Notes: generated by a model not told the origin, from the sequence alone. A stretch of 64,000 nt of DNA from the human T2T-CHM13v2.0 reference genome, Homo sapiens (GCF_009914755.1 NC_060929.1); one strand, 5' to 3'; shown: positions 12,295 through 25,172, numbered from the stretch's first letter. Numbers and translations are program-made.

Positions 12295-13641
12295 GACCCT
12301 CCCTTTCTGTAAGTGCTGCCAGCAGCTTGGAAATTACAAACTTTAGAAACCACAATAGGGGAAGAACTATCTTCCTGTTTGTGGTGGAGTCTGGAATTTT
12401 CCCGCCCTTGTCAAGGCACTCTGTTGTGTTGTTATCTAGGTTCTCTCCTTACCCATCTATCAGCACCAGGTCCATGGAAGGCCTACTAGGCCAAAGTCCC
12501 AGGCCACATCTGCAGTCAGGCTACCCTGAGCCCAGCTTGCCTCTCACCCTCTGAGGAAGGAGCAGGAGCTGCAGTGTTGCTGCTGGCAGTGTCCCTGCTT
12601 TCTGCAGCCTCAGCACTGCTGAGTGCAACACCTTGCACTTGAGTGCAACACCTGCTCCAGCCTCCTCTAGTTCTCTTCTTGTCAACGGGGTTCCAATTCT
12701 GCAGTACAGATTGGGGGATACCTTTAGGGACCTCCAAACCTCTCAGCATCCACAGCCACTCTGATTCCTTCATAATTGCTCTCAACACTCTGAGAACTGT
12801 TTCAAACCCAGTCCATTAAAAACCATTCTGTATGCTGGCCCAGTTCCTCTCAGCAAAGCCCAGTGTGGTCTGATCCAAATCCAAGCACTACTCCTGTCTG
12901 CTCTGCCTTGGGAAGTTGCCCTGTACTGCCTTGGCCCAGAGAGCAACACTCAGGAACTCAGCAACTACCTACCAGACTTTGGCCATGTGTGAGACTGGGG
13001 CAGACTGTCTAGAGAGAGGAGTACAAAGGCAGTCCCAGCTGCGGCTTGGTGAATTCATCCCGCAGTAGTTCCATAGCCTAAGAGGGATTGCAGAGGTAGG
13101 AACAACAAAGTTTAAGAAGCAGATAAAGCTCATTCTGATCTTAACTAGGGACTATGTGGGAGGGGCTGACTTGGTTAAGGTGGTTGGGAGAGTTGGGAGA
13201 AGAGTCTGGCATCTCTCAGTGGGGAGGTGGCAATGTATTGGTTCAAGGGAAGTTCCGTGGGATTAGGGTACCATGGGATGAACCTGTTCCCAAGATGAGG
13301 AGGCAGGAAATCAGAGCCAAGCCAAATGGACTGGAACAAAGGGGAAGCGAGAGGAAGGGTGTTCATCCCTGGAGAGAAATGTTGAACAAAGCACATCTGA
13401 GCAGCAATTCACATACAGAGCATACTTGTGAAGGCTAACTGTGAAGGCTAACCAGGAAGGCTGTAGCCACAGGGATCCTCAGCTAACCTGGGCATACCTA
13501 TGACACCAGATCCGGAGCCTGAGGCAGCACGTGCAGCCCAAGAGCGTCTGTCTGAGGTACCAGCTGGCTTCGTAGTCACTGATTAGGAGACAGGCTGGAT
13601 CAGAATCTCCTGGAGAATTTTGGTGCTGCCAGATGCTGTGC

Positions 13642-13808
13642 TGGGTACTTTACATACATTTTCTCTAATCCTCACAAACTTTCAAACAGCGGGGAAACAA
13701 AAAGTAACTCTACATATCCTTGGTCTCAGCTTAAAAGTCACTTTCTCACAGAGGACTTCTCTGAGCCTATAAATATAAGTTAACTTCCCCTTTTATTCTC
13801 TATATAAT
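13642..13808 (+). repeat. 167-bp segment, donor copy (MIR/L2-derived)
   Basis: Identical to 17504-17670 except for 3 substitutions. Confidence 0.95.
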
Positions 13809-14368
13809 ATTCTACTTTTACTGATGTCCCTCAGTATAGCTTATAATTTGATATGAGTGATATTCATGATTTGTTAACAAACATTGTGTCCATTTCTCCT
13901 CCATAGTTTCTGGGGGCACAAGCTCTTAAAAATATTTCTGTATCCCTGAATGCAAGTGGGGAAATGCAGTGAAATAACCAGTGTATTGCATGTAAACATA
14001 GAGATGTTGTAGATTGAAAGTTTCACTCTGTGAAACTGTGGCCACTGCACAGACTAATGTATCTAAGAACCAGAATGGCACTCATACTCACATAAATGAG
14101 ATTGTCTTAAATACAACTTACCACTGACTAGATTTTTGTTAAAATCTGGCAATCATATGCTAGAGGTGAGTGATATATTTTACTTCTCTGCTAGGCTTCC
14201 AAGTAAACAACAGGTAGAAATATATACATGTAAAAGTCCATCTAGAGGAATTTTAATAGATCCATGAGAAAAATAAATTTTCCTTTAGAGTAAACAAGTT
14301 TAGCTGTGATGTACAGGTTTCTTAACTATTAGATTTCTCAGATTCTAATATGAAACAATGCCAATTTT

Positions 14369-14370
<2 letters not shown>

Positions 14371-14418
<48 letters not shown>
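14371..14418. repeat. (TG)24 microsatellite
   Basis: Uninterrupted TG run. Confidence 0.98.
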
Positions 14419-14419
<1 letters not shown>

Positions 14420-14927
14420 TTGGAGGTTTGTTGGCAAATTGATGCTAAAGCATATTTGGCTTTGGTTCTGGAAGAACCAATGTACCCCACCTCCTATCCA
14501 GAGAGTTTGACAAGCTGCTCCTGTATTCCAGTAAAATCAGGATCAAGAAGCATTCTGTTGGTTCTGGAGTACAGTAAGTCCTACCCTCTTAACCCTAATT
14601 GGATAAACACTAAACAAAACAAATTACATAAGGCTGGGGGAATATAAACAAGAGCAAACAAGAGCTTGTAAAGACTCCAATAAATCACTCTACTTGTAAC
14701 ATTCACCCTACATAGTACAAGCTTTTTCAATTTTTGCCAAAGACTGTCTCACATGAATTGATGGCTCTACAGACATTACACTAGTGTTGGCTTGAATTAT
14801 GATCATGTGAAAAAGGCTTGTGCATTGATCATGTGAAAATATTGCAGCACAAAGGGGCCAATATTATACTCTGCATCTAGACCTATGGTTACTAGCTCCA
14901 AAGAAGATGTTTTCATTCTCATGTTAG

Positions 14928-15316
<389 letters not shown>

Positions 15317-16084
15317 GCTTAGCAACTATTTTCACTGGAGATATGGAGGACCTCTTTCTCAAGCCCTGTGCCACATGGTCCACTTTGCTCCTTGTTACAG
15401 CTCATCACACTAGCCCATGGTCACAATGAAGCTTGCAAGGCCTTCTTTCAGCAGCCCAGCTATCCTGAACAGCTGATTGTTCTCTTTTTTAGGGAGTTAG
15501 TCTTAATTTTTTGTCAGTCTTGGGCATAGGAGAGACGGCGTCCACATTGTGGCACTTGCCAAAGCTATCCTTTGGTTAGCAGAATCTCAGCTTCCTCACC
15601 TCATTAGATTTCTCTCATCCAGACTCATGGCTCAACTTCTCTTTGCTGCTGAGGCTTGGCTAGGATCCTTTGGCTTAAGACTAAGGGTACCCATTCATTG
15701 CTGCATTTTGTGACTGCTCTCCCTCGTCACTGTCCCCCACCATCTCCTCAACCTTACTGAGTATGGAGTGGGGAAGTAACTGACTGCACCCTGACTAGAC
15801 TCCCAGCATAGGGTGTTCTGTGAGTTCACCTACAAAGATCTGTTGTTCACCTATATCTTTCCAAGTGGTTATGCCCATACTCAAAAGGTTTCCCCAAGAT
15901 ATGGAAGAAGATGACAGTGCTAGGAGGTGGGAGCACACTGGATATGCTACAAAAAGGTAAAGTTGAGAGGGAAGGGCAGGAATATGGAACACACAGGAGC
16001 TCAGGTGCCTCCCTTCAGTGTTTCCTGGTTGATACCCTGGTTGTTGGCGTCATCAGACCCTCTCCTTGAAGCATTCTTGGTGCC

Positions 16085-16563
<479 letters not shown>

Positions 16564-17249
16564 ATCCCGTAAGGTGAAGGCCAAGCCCCTTAGCACCATC
16601 CACTTGAAGGTGTAGAGGACTGAGCACTTTGAAGTGCTGTTGCTTGGGTGTGGCCACCCAACTTCTGGAGGGGCCACTAAGAGAGAGGGCTGGCAACTCC
16701 TAGGGCATTACTACTTTGATGACAAAGGTATAATTAATAGTTATAGAGTATTGTTTAGTAATCAATTGTCATTTGTTTTGCTAAATGATTTGGATAGGTG
16801 TATACATTTTTGCTAATACAATAATTTGTATTTATGAAGTTTGAACACGCATTTATTTTTAGGATCTGGAAAGTTGGAGCGGGTGAAGTATAACCAATCT
16901 TAGGTGTGCACAAGTGGTTAAATGTGGACCTATCTGTGTGATTACAAGTATATGTGCAGTGCCAAGTGAATAAAAATGAAGGCAGACTTTCAGGTATGCG
17001 GAAAAGCTTCTAGGTAGAATCTATGGTTCTACGTAGGGCGTAAAATATGTCCTTCCAAAAAATATGGCTCAAAAAAATGTTTCGTGGCCACAAGGAAATT
17101 AGGTCAAGCTTAAATTGATTTATGCTGTGCACAATTAACATTTTAATAAGCAGGAAAATTGAATGCAGAATTTAAATACTAAATTCAGATAGGGATGATC
17201 CTGTTGACTGATGTTGTAAAAAGATTGCAGAGGTACATGACAGCAACCC

Positions 17250-17375
17250 CATGCCCAGCTTGGCTCTGTCGGGAGCTGGCTGTATAATTTTGGAAAAGTC
17301 ATTTAATTTGCCTGTGGCAGAATATTTTTTATTTGCAAAATGAGAGGGTTGAGCTAGTTGATCTCTAAGGCACCT
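17250..17375 (+). mobile_element. MIR fragment
   Basis: aagtcatttaatttgcctgtg...atttgcaaaatgagagggttgagctag...atctctaagg. Confidence 0.6.
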
Positions 17376-17503
17376 TGTACTATCAACATTTTGTAAATAT
17401 GAATTATACACTATTCAGGTAAAGAAAGAGATCATGGACATTTTACAGCTGGTACAACACTTTGAACTGCTTTGACTCATTGAACTGAACTTTTAAAATC
17501 AAA

Positions 17504-17670
17504 TGGGTACTTTACATACATTTTCTCTAATCCTCACAAACTTTCAAACAGCAGGGAAACCAAAAGTAACTCTACATATCCTTGGTCTCAGCTTAAAAGT
17601 CACTTTCTCACAGAGGACTTCTCTGAGCCTATAAATATAAGTTAACTTCCCCTTTTATTCTCTCTATAAT
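17504..17670 (+). repeat. 167-bp segment, inserted copy
   Basis: Direct repeat of 13642-13808 at offset 3862. Confidence 0.95.
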
Positions 17671-18291
17671 GATGTTTGGTTTTTAGTTAACTTATCAAAG
17701 TGATGTTTGGTTTTTAGTTAACCTTCTCCTTAATTTTGGTTTATAAAACTTCAATTAAAATTGTAAAATGTAAAAATAATCTCTCACGAAAACTTGCAAA
17801 AATAATAGATACAATGAGGAAGAGGTCAGAATATAATGGGAAGAATATTTTAATGCAGCAAATATAGTTTTCAGTCCTTAATTTCTGAAAAAAAATTAAT
17901 GTCTGATATATAAAAAAACACCTAGATGGAGACGCTGCTCTTTGTTTTAAAGCTCCTGCCATGTGGTCTAAAACTTGTGTATATTTTTACCTTATTTAGT
18001 TATATTTGATCAGATAATTTTACGTAAAAGTTTTATCTTTGTTTCTACCCCTTAGAAAACTTGAAACAATAACTTTCTTAACACTTTCTCTCAGAAGTGA
18101 CTATTCCCATTATCAGTGGCTTCCTAGTGGTAATCTGGATACTTGTGGAATTGTTATATAGCTTTCAAAAACTCTTGAATATTCATATGCTGTGTTATTT
18201 TTCAATAATTTAAAACCAGTAATAAGGCTACAGAGACTTCCTCTGTCTGGTGTATTAATGATTCTTTGCAGCTATTTACACATTTAAAGTA

Positions 18292-18599
18292 CAGTGGTCC
18301 CCTTGTCCTCAGGAAATATGTTAGAACACCCCCAGTGGACGCCTGAAACAGTGGATTGTACTGAACCCTATATATGCTATTTTTTTCTATACATATATAC
18401 CTATGATAAAGTTTAACTTATCAATTAGGCACAGTAAGAGATAACAGTAACAATAATAAAATAGAAAATTATAATGATATATTATGATAAAAGTTATATG
18501 AATGTGGCCTCTCTCTCTGTCTCTCAAAATATCATACAGTACCATGGGTAACTGAAACCTTGAAAAGCAAAACTGTAGATAAAGGGGCAATGACTACTG
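18292..18599 (-). mobile_element. MER44A-like TcMar-Tigger MITE
   Basis: TIRs cagtggtcccctt.../...aggggcaatgactactg flanked by TA at 18290-18291 and 18600-18601. Confidence 0.85.
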
Positions 18600-19737
18600 T
18601 ACACATTTGCCATGAACATTCATTTGTTTACATTAAGCATAGCATTTTTCAAACTCCAGGTATGAGCTTAGTGAAAATTTTCCAGGTGGATTAAACTTAG
18701 AAGTAATTGTTTCAGAATTGATTTCAAGATTCACAGGAACCATTAAGCTGAAAAAGGAAAAAAAAAAAAAAAAGGAATCCCTATCTTAAAATAGTTCAAA
18801 GACTGCTGGGAAATATGAGAACGAGTCCTTCATTGACGAATGTTGAAACTGAGTCTCAGACTGCAGTTACATGGAGTTAAGGTTTCCAGTGGGCCAGGGT
18901 AATGCTGTCCACTGATTGCTGACTTAGAACACGCTATTTCTAAGCGAGGGAAATCACCACCAGAAAACAGTGAGCCACAGAAATCAAATGTATTTCAAAT
19001 AACACAACGCATCTGTACATAAAGGAATAGAATGTCCTCAAACCGTGAAAATATGCTATTTTGTTTAGGGGTGGGGGAAAAATCTATACGATAATTGGTT
19101 TTTTTCTTTTTTCTTTTTGTTTTTAATGACTCCTTTGGGTCAAAGCCAAATGTGTAATTTCCCCAGTACAGTTGTTTCCATTGTTTAAAACTTTTCACCC
19201 TATTTAGTTGTGCTTGATCAAGTATTTTTACAGGAAAATATTTTCTGTATTCCCTCCCCGCCTTGTAAACTTGAAACAATAACATCTTAATACCATCTCT
19301 GAAACTTGCAGAATTTCCTAACTCAAGCCTTTAGTCACCTTCCTTATTTTGGAAATGATCACTCACAATTGACTAATTGTGCCAAATAAATTTTGATTCC
19401 CAGACTCTTAGTTTGAGTTCTCTAATGAAATATTGTGGGGAAGAAAGCTCCCATTCCAAAATGAAAAGAGATGCTATATACTTTTGTAAACAAGCATTTA
19501 AAAATGATCTTAAGAGTACCTTTCTTTTTTGATATTCTGCCATGACTGTTTCTTCTGCATCTTGGTTATTTTCTTCATAATAAATTATAAAATAGTCAAA
19601 GTTTAACAATTCTCATTAATTTAGGTGTTCAAATTTATTTTGACCTTTTAATTTTATCCCACCTCTATCTGTCTCTTTTTTTCTCTGCATATGAATAATG
19701 TGTGTAAATATATATGTATATATCTGCACACATTTAG

Positions 19738-20100
<363 letters not shown>

Positions 20101-20325
20101 CTAACATGAAATAGGAGGAAAGGCTTGTGGCAAGAAATGGCTTATAGCTATGTTCATTCCACATTGAAAACTATCAGACAAGAAAATATGAGATGAATTT
20201 AGGAAAACTCTTTCACATCTCATACATCATTCCTCTGGGCCCACATTCTCTAGTCTGGTCCCAATCCAGTGTCAGGTACATGAGTCATGACTCAACAGAT
20301 ATGGGAACACCTTCATTTATCCCTA

Positions 20326-20406
20326 TCATCCATCCATCCATCCATGTATCTGTCTATCCATCCATCCATCCATCCATCCATCCATCCATCCATCCATCCA
20401 TCCATC
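20326..20406. repeat. (TCCA)n tetranucleotide repeat
   Basis: Interrupted TCCA array. Confidence 0.95.
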
Positions 20407-21024
20407 TTGTTTGCAAGACCCGAGGAAACATGAAGGTTTGAAAGTTACCCAAGAATTTCAAAGATAATTTGTGGAGTCTCTGGGGAAAGCAAATCAAAAT
20501 GGACCTAGTTGTATAACAGACCTAAACTTCTCCATTCTACAATTCGTTCAATGTGCTCCTTCCCAAATGATGACTTTCACCAGGAAATGTTTAGGGAATG
20601 AACAGAAAAAAGGCAGACATTACATTAATCTTCTATCAAAACACAAAATTCCCTAAAGCTTTCCTGGGACTGTATCAGATAACTAAATATAGACTGAAAA
20701 TTGTTTCTGCCCCACCTGCACATCAAAAACAACAACAAAAAAGGGAAATCTTGTTGTATCACCAAAGACTATGATCACCTAGGAGAGCTCTCAGTTATGT
20801 ATGCTCATTCCAGACATATTTTGCGTTAATAAAAGCCCCCATCTTATGTAAATTCACGAACAACTTCAGCATATTTCTGGTTCATAAAGGCCTGGGTTTC
20901 ACTAAGAATAAGAATGTTGCAGTCATTAAAATGATTAAATGTAGTAACATTAAAAAGACGTATTTTCCTCTCTGTAGTACTTTATAGCAGTCATTTCAAA
21001 TTACTAAGACCAAAGGATTCTAAC

Positions 21025-21280
21025 AGAAGGTGGCACAGAATGTAATTAAGCATCTTGGTTCTGCAGCCTACCTAGGTTCAATTCTGGTCATTCTACTACT
21101 AATTGTGTGATGTCAGGAATAAGTCATTTAATTTCCTTGTACTTCAGTGTCTCCATCATAAAAAGGAAATAATAATAATAATAATAGAACCCATACCTAA
21201 TAAAGTTGCTGTAAGAAAAACAGATAGTTCATAAATAGTTATTATACAGTCTGATTTAAATGCTAGGCATTATTATTATT
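21025..21280 (+). mobile_element. MIR
   Basis: ggttcaattctgg...aagtcatttaatttccttgtacttcagtgtctccatcataaaaagg. Confidence 0.7.
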
Positions 21281-23765
21281 TTCATCTTGGAGAGAAATCC
21301 CTGTAGAGTGAGATTTGGAACTTGATTTGTTATATTTCAGTATGCTGTAAATTGCCGCGAATAAATACTACTAATCCTATCCCACTAGTGAAATGACTCA
21401 AGCAAAGGGAGACTAAATGACTAATTTGAGTATCTCAACTAAATTAAGATGGAATTAAAACCCAACAAACCATCTCCATAGCTTTCCTACTTGGGTTTAT
21501 CTCAGGGGGGATAAGCATTACAAATCTCAGCACTTATAACAACAGACTCTCCTGGTGAGTTCAAAATGCTTCATCTACCTTAATGTTCACAGGATCACTA
21601 ACATATACTAAGCACCTATGGGAAGTATGGGACTGTCATCTAGCATTACAGTGTTTCCAAACTCTGTAGATAGAAAAACAAAATCAAAAGAAGACAAGGG
21701 CTTCATTGTCACCTCCAAAACTAGAGGTTTTCTCTGATATTACAAAGAAGTGTTGATTCTTCCCACTGCACTCCTATAGCCCAGGGTTTTGTCACATAGA
21801 CCACATGCTATCTCACTGCATTTATATTTAGCAAAAATTTTAAAAGATATATGCCTATTAATTCCATCTGTTTACCTTCATCTCTTAATGGTCATATAGC
21901 TGATTTGTATAGTTCTTGGAATCAAAGCAAACATGAACTTTATTACAAAGCAGAGCTAGGATTTATTCATAAGATAGCATGATGATAAATTCCACTTATC
22001 TCTTGAAACTATACATTGCAGCACAGGATATGAAGATAGCATACACTTTTCATATTTAATAAAAAATATTTTATATTTTTTATTAAAATAAATGGTGATC
22101 ATGTTTTGAATTTTTAGAAGGAATAACTTTTATTAATATCACCAGCACAAGAAAACTTTTAATTAATTGTCTTCTAAATCTTAAGAGTTAAGAGGTTTTA
22201 AAGCGAAGTTTTGTTTTCAAATCTATCATGTTCACTGGTATAGTAGGACATAAGTCATTAACTCCTCTAATTGTGAAAAGTCATCTTTTTTCTCTTCTCA
22301 TAGCCTAAAAAAGAGTACAGTTATATAAATATAAAATAGCAGATCAATTCTAACAGAAAGGGTTGGAAGTTCATTGGTTGTTTACATTTTTCTTTTCTCT
22401 TTTTCAAAGATAAGCTTTGGAGGAATCTCTTTTTGCTAACCACTTTCAACAAATACAGTGTATCAAAACAATCTACCATACCACCTCCAATTTTGAAAGA
22501 TACAAAATCTACCCCTGTCCTTTAGGCATGTGTACTTTTATGGCTCACTTCCCAGAGTAAGGATTTGGACATTTGTGCTGTGGCAATGGCTAAGAAATTG
22601 CAAAAGTCAGATGTTACATTTTGATAATCATTCCACAAATCCATGCTCCATCAAACTAGACCAAAAAACCTGCAAAGGAAGCAGTATTCTCCAATTTGGA
22701 ATACAGTATTCTCCAATTTAAAATACTGCCTTCAAATATGTTTGGAAGTTGAAATAATGAAACAATCTCCAAGCATGATAGTAAGTCAATTAAGAAGTAC
22801 GAAAGTATTCATAATGCCAACCGTTAGCAGACACATTTTTGAAAACCTCAAGTCGTTAATATCTTACTAATTCAGTTATAGCTCTCGAAATCAAATTAAC
22901 CTTTTCTAGCTGAAAGGAATTTAAAGGCCTTAAATATGAGTATGCAAAGTTCTGTGGATACCCAATACCACTTTAAACACTGATTTGATGTTATTGCTTC
23001 AACCAATATGAAGCCAAGACAACATTCCTGTGTCACCCAACCTTTGAATTAGCTTTAAGCAAGCTTAAAGAATTTGAAAAATAAACCTCTCATTCATTCT
23101 CTATCCACAGGTTTCTCTAGCCATGCAATTTGTATGACTGCCTCCAACAGCAAGTGAGAAAGTAGGCAGTGATAAACAAACTCATACAATTTTAAAACAA
23201 ACAGAATAATCAGAAGTTTCTAAGTATGCTAGTCTTTCACTTAAATAGAAAGCCAAATATGAAAGGTCCAGAGGCTTTCACTAATTTTCCACTTTAAATT
23301 TTCTAATAATTACTAAGACTACTTTTTATTTCAATTGAAAAATATAATGATTGAGCTATAATTATTCAAAGATAATCATATAAATCTGATATATGTTTCA
23401 CCTTTAACTGAGATCAGAGGGTAGCAAAAGAAATATAAGAAACTAAGAACCTGGTAACTACTAAATCCTTCAAGAAAACAAAACAAAACAAAAAAAACAA
23501 ACCAATATAAAGCTACCACAATGTTTCCATTTCTCAGGCACTATATTTTTCATAAAAAATGATCATAAAAGGAATATCAATGTATTACACTATGTATCTC
23601 ACAAGTAGGTTATACTGTAAATTAAAAATTATCTGTATTAGAATCTCAAATGCAACCTTCAATACCCCGTGAGAAGGCATTTTTCTAAGGAACAATCATA
23701 TACCTAAACTGCCACATTAATTTAAGGCTACCACAATCCAGTGAGTAAACCAAAATGTTACTTAC

Positions 23766-23822
23766 CTTATTACAAATAAATGGCAAATTGCAGGCACTTT
23801 TCAGCTTGCAGCTGTCTAGCAT
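23766..23822 (-). CDS. MCTP1: First coding exon of the MCTP1 short isoform, MLDSCKLKSACNLPFICNK (19 codons, phase 0)
   Basis: Reverse complement reads ATG CTA GAC AGC TGC AAG CTG AAA AGT GCC TGC AAT TTG CCA TTT ATT TGT AAT AAG|GTAAGT (donor 23760-23765). The peptide matches my recollection of the MCTP1-S N-terminus, which continues KIINTAG in the next exon. Confidence 0.92.
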
Positions 23823-23985
23823 AGTTGATTAGAAATGAACAAAACATCTTTCACTCCAGTGAGAGAACTGCATATTTAGACTTGCTTTCTTCACTGAATA
23901 CCGGCAAAAGAGGCTGTTCACCTCCAAGTGATAGCAACAGCCCTGCACGGAGCACTTGCTGCTCTGCACAGCAGCGACTTGGAAT
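23823..23985 (-). other. MCTP1: Predicted 5' UTR of the MCTP1 short isoform, containing two upstream ATGs
   Basis: Repeat-free sequence between the Inr-like TCATTCC (A at 23985) and the ATG at 23822; uATGs at 23873 and 23847. Confidence 0.7.
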
Positions 23986-24110
23986 GAAAGTAAGAAGAAC
24001 CCGTGATGTTTAAATAACGTAGCTTTAGATTCACAGGATATGACTCAACTCTCAAACCAGTAAGGGAAGAGTTTCCCATTGCAAAACTGTTAGTACAGAT
24101 TACATAACAA
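23981..24110 (-). promoter_or_regulatory. MCTP1: Core/proximal promoter of the MCTP1 short isoform
   Basis: Inr TCATTCC (23987-23981); TATTTAAA with first T at 24016 (-31); AP-1 TGACTCA at 24041-24047; PAR-bZIP/NFIL3 D-box GTTATGTAAT at 24108-24099. Confidence 0.65.
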
Positions 24111-24140
24111 ACATCATATCTGGGGTTCTAAAATACTCAC

Positions 24141-24161
24141 ATTAAATACTAAAAACTTCAC
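24141..24161 (-). CDS. MCTP1: Candidate 21-nt in-frame microexon (VKFLVFN)
   Basis: Minus strand TACTAAC-actgcatgtttgatt-TAGCAG|GTGAAGTTTTTAGTATTTAAT|GTGAGT; no stop; phase 0. Confidence 0.45.
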
Positions 24162-24875
24162 CTGCTAAATCAAACATGCAGTGTTAGTAGTCAACCTCTT
24201 CCTCATGGCAAAAGCCACAACAGGAAATGAGAATAACAACACTGCACAAAGAAAACTATTCTGCTTGTTCTCTGCAGTGAATTAATTTAATGTTATTAAG
24301 GATGTGAGAACTTGCCAACATCTCCCAGAAAGACATCTAAAAAAAAAAGGAACACTAAAGTCACTAACATTCCCATCGGTATAAAAACAATGTGTAGAAA
24401 AAAATTCCATTTTAACATGCAAGAAGTGGCATGCTTTACAACACAATAGAATCTCCTTCACTAAGTAGAGAATGGAAATAGATCTTCGTGCTTTGCTGTT
24501 GCTGTTTCCCACAGAAATCCTTTCCTACGCTGTCATTACCTTGTGCTTCTAGCTCTGCCTACCTCACCAACTCAGGGTCCCCTTTTATCTGTTTTGTGAG
24601 CCCTTCTAAAGGAACATGACTAATGATACAACTCCTCTAGTAAATGTGGCAATTTTACATGCTTTCTCCACCACATGTTATCCCTTAACACTGAGCTGTA
24701 TTAAGCTTGATCAAATATTGAATTATTATATTTAGATACCTCAGTCAATAAATATAGACATAGATGCTTGGAGAAAAGTCTACTACATAAATTCACTTGC
24801 CATCAGCCTCATCAAGGAAAAAAAGCTGAAAAAGCCCATGTTAATAACAGTAAGTAGGCTGAAACTAACTAGAAC

Positions 24876-25172
24876 AGGGCTGTTAAATAGACATATAAGG
24901 TGAAGCATATATGTAATTTAAAATATTTTAGTAGTCACATTAAAAAAGTAAAGAAACATTAATTTTAGTAATGGTTACCCTAGTATGTCTAAAACATCAT
25001 CATTTCAATATGTAATCATAATAAAATTATTAAATATTTTATCATTTTGGTACTAGTGTTGGAGATCTAGTGTATGTTTTGCACTTGTGTGACATTTCCA
25101 CTTGAGCTAGCTATATGCAAGTGTTCAATAGCCACACATGGCTAGTGGCTACCATATTGAATAGCATAGGCC
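24876..25172 (-). mobile_element. MER33-like hAT-Charlie element
   Basis: tcaatagccacacatggctagtggctaccatattgaatagc terminus; flanking ctag sites. Confidence 0.75.

Noticed and set aside
14116-14160. Strong minus-strand donor GTG|GTAAGT
   Set aside because: The nearest acceptors give 24 nt with an in-frame TAG or 38 nt (frameshift); no support as a coding exon.
16634-16816. ORF LLLGCGHPTSGGATKREGWQLLGHYYFDDK as a possible pseudogene exon
   Set aside because: No recognisable family, non-ATG start and upstream stops.
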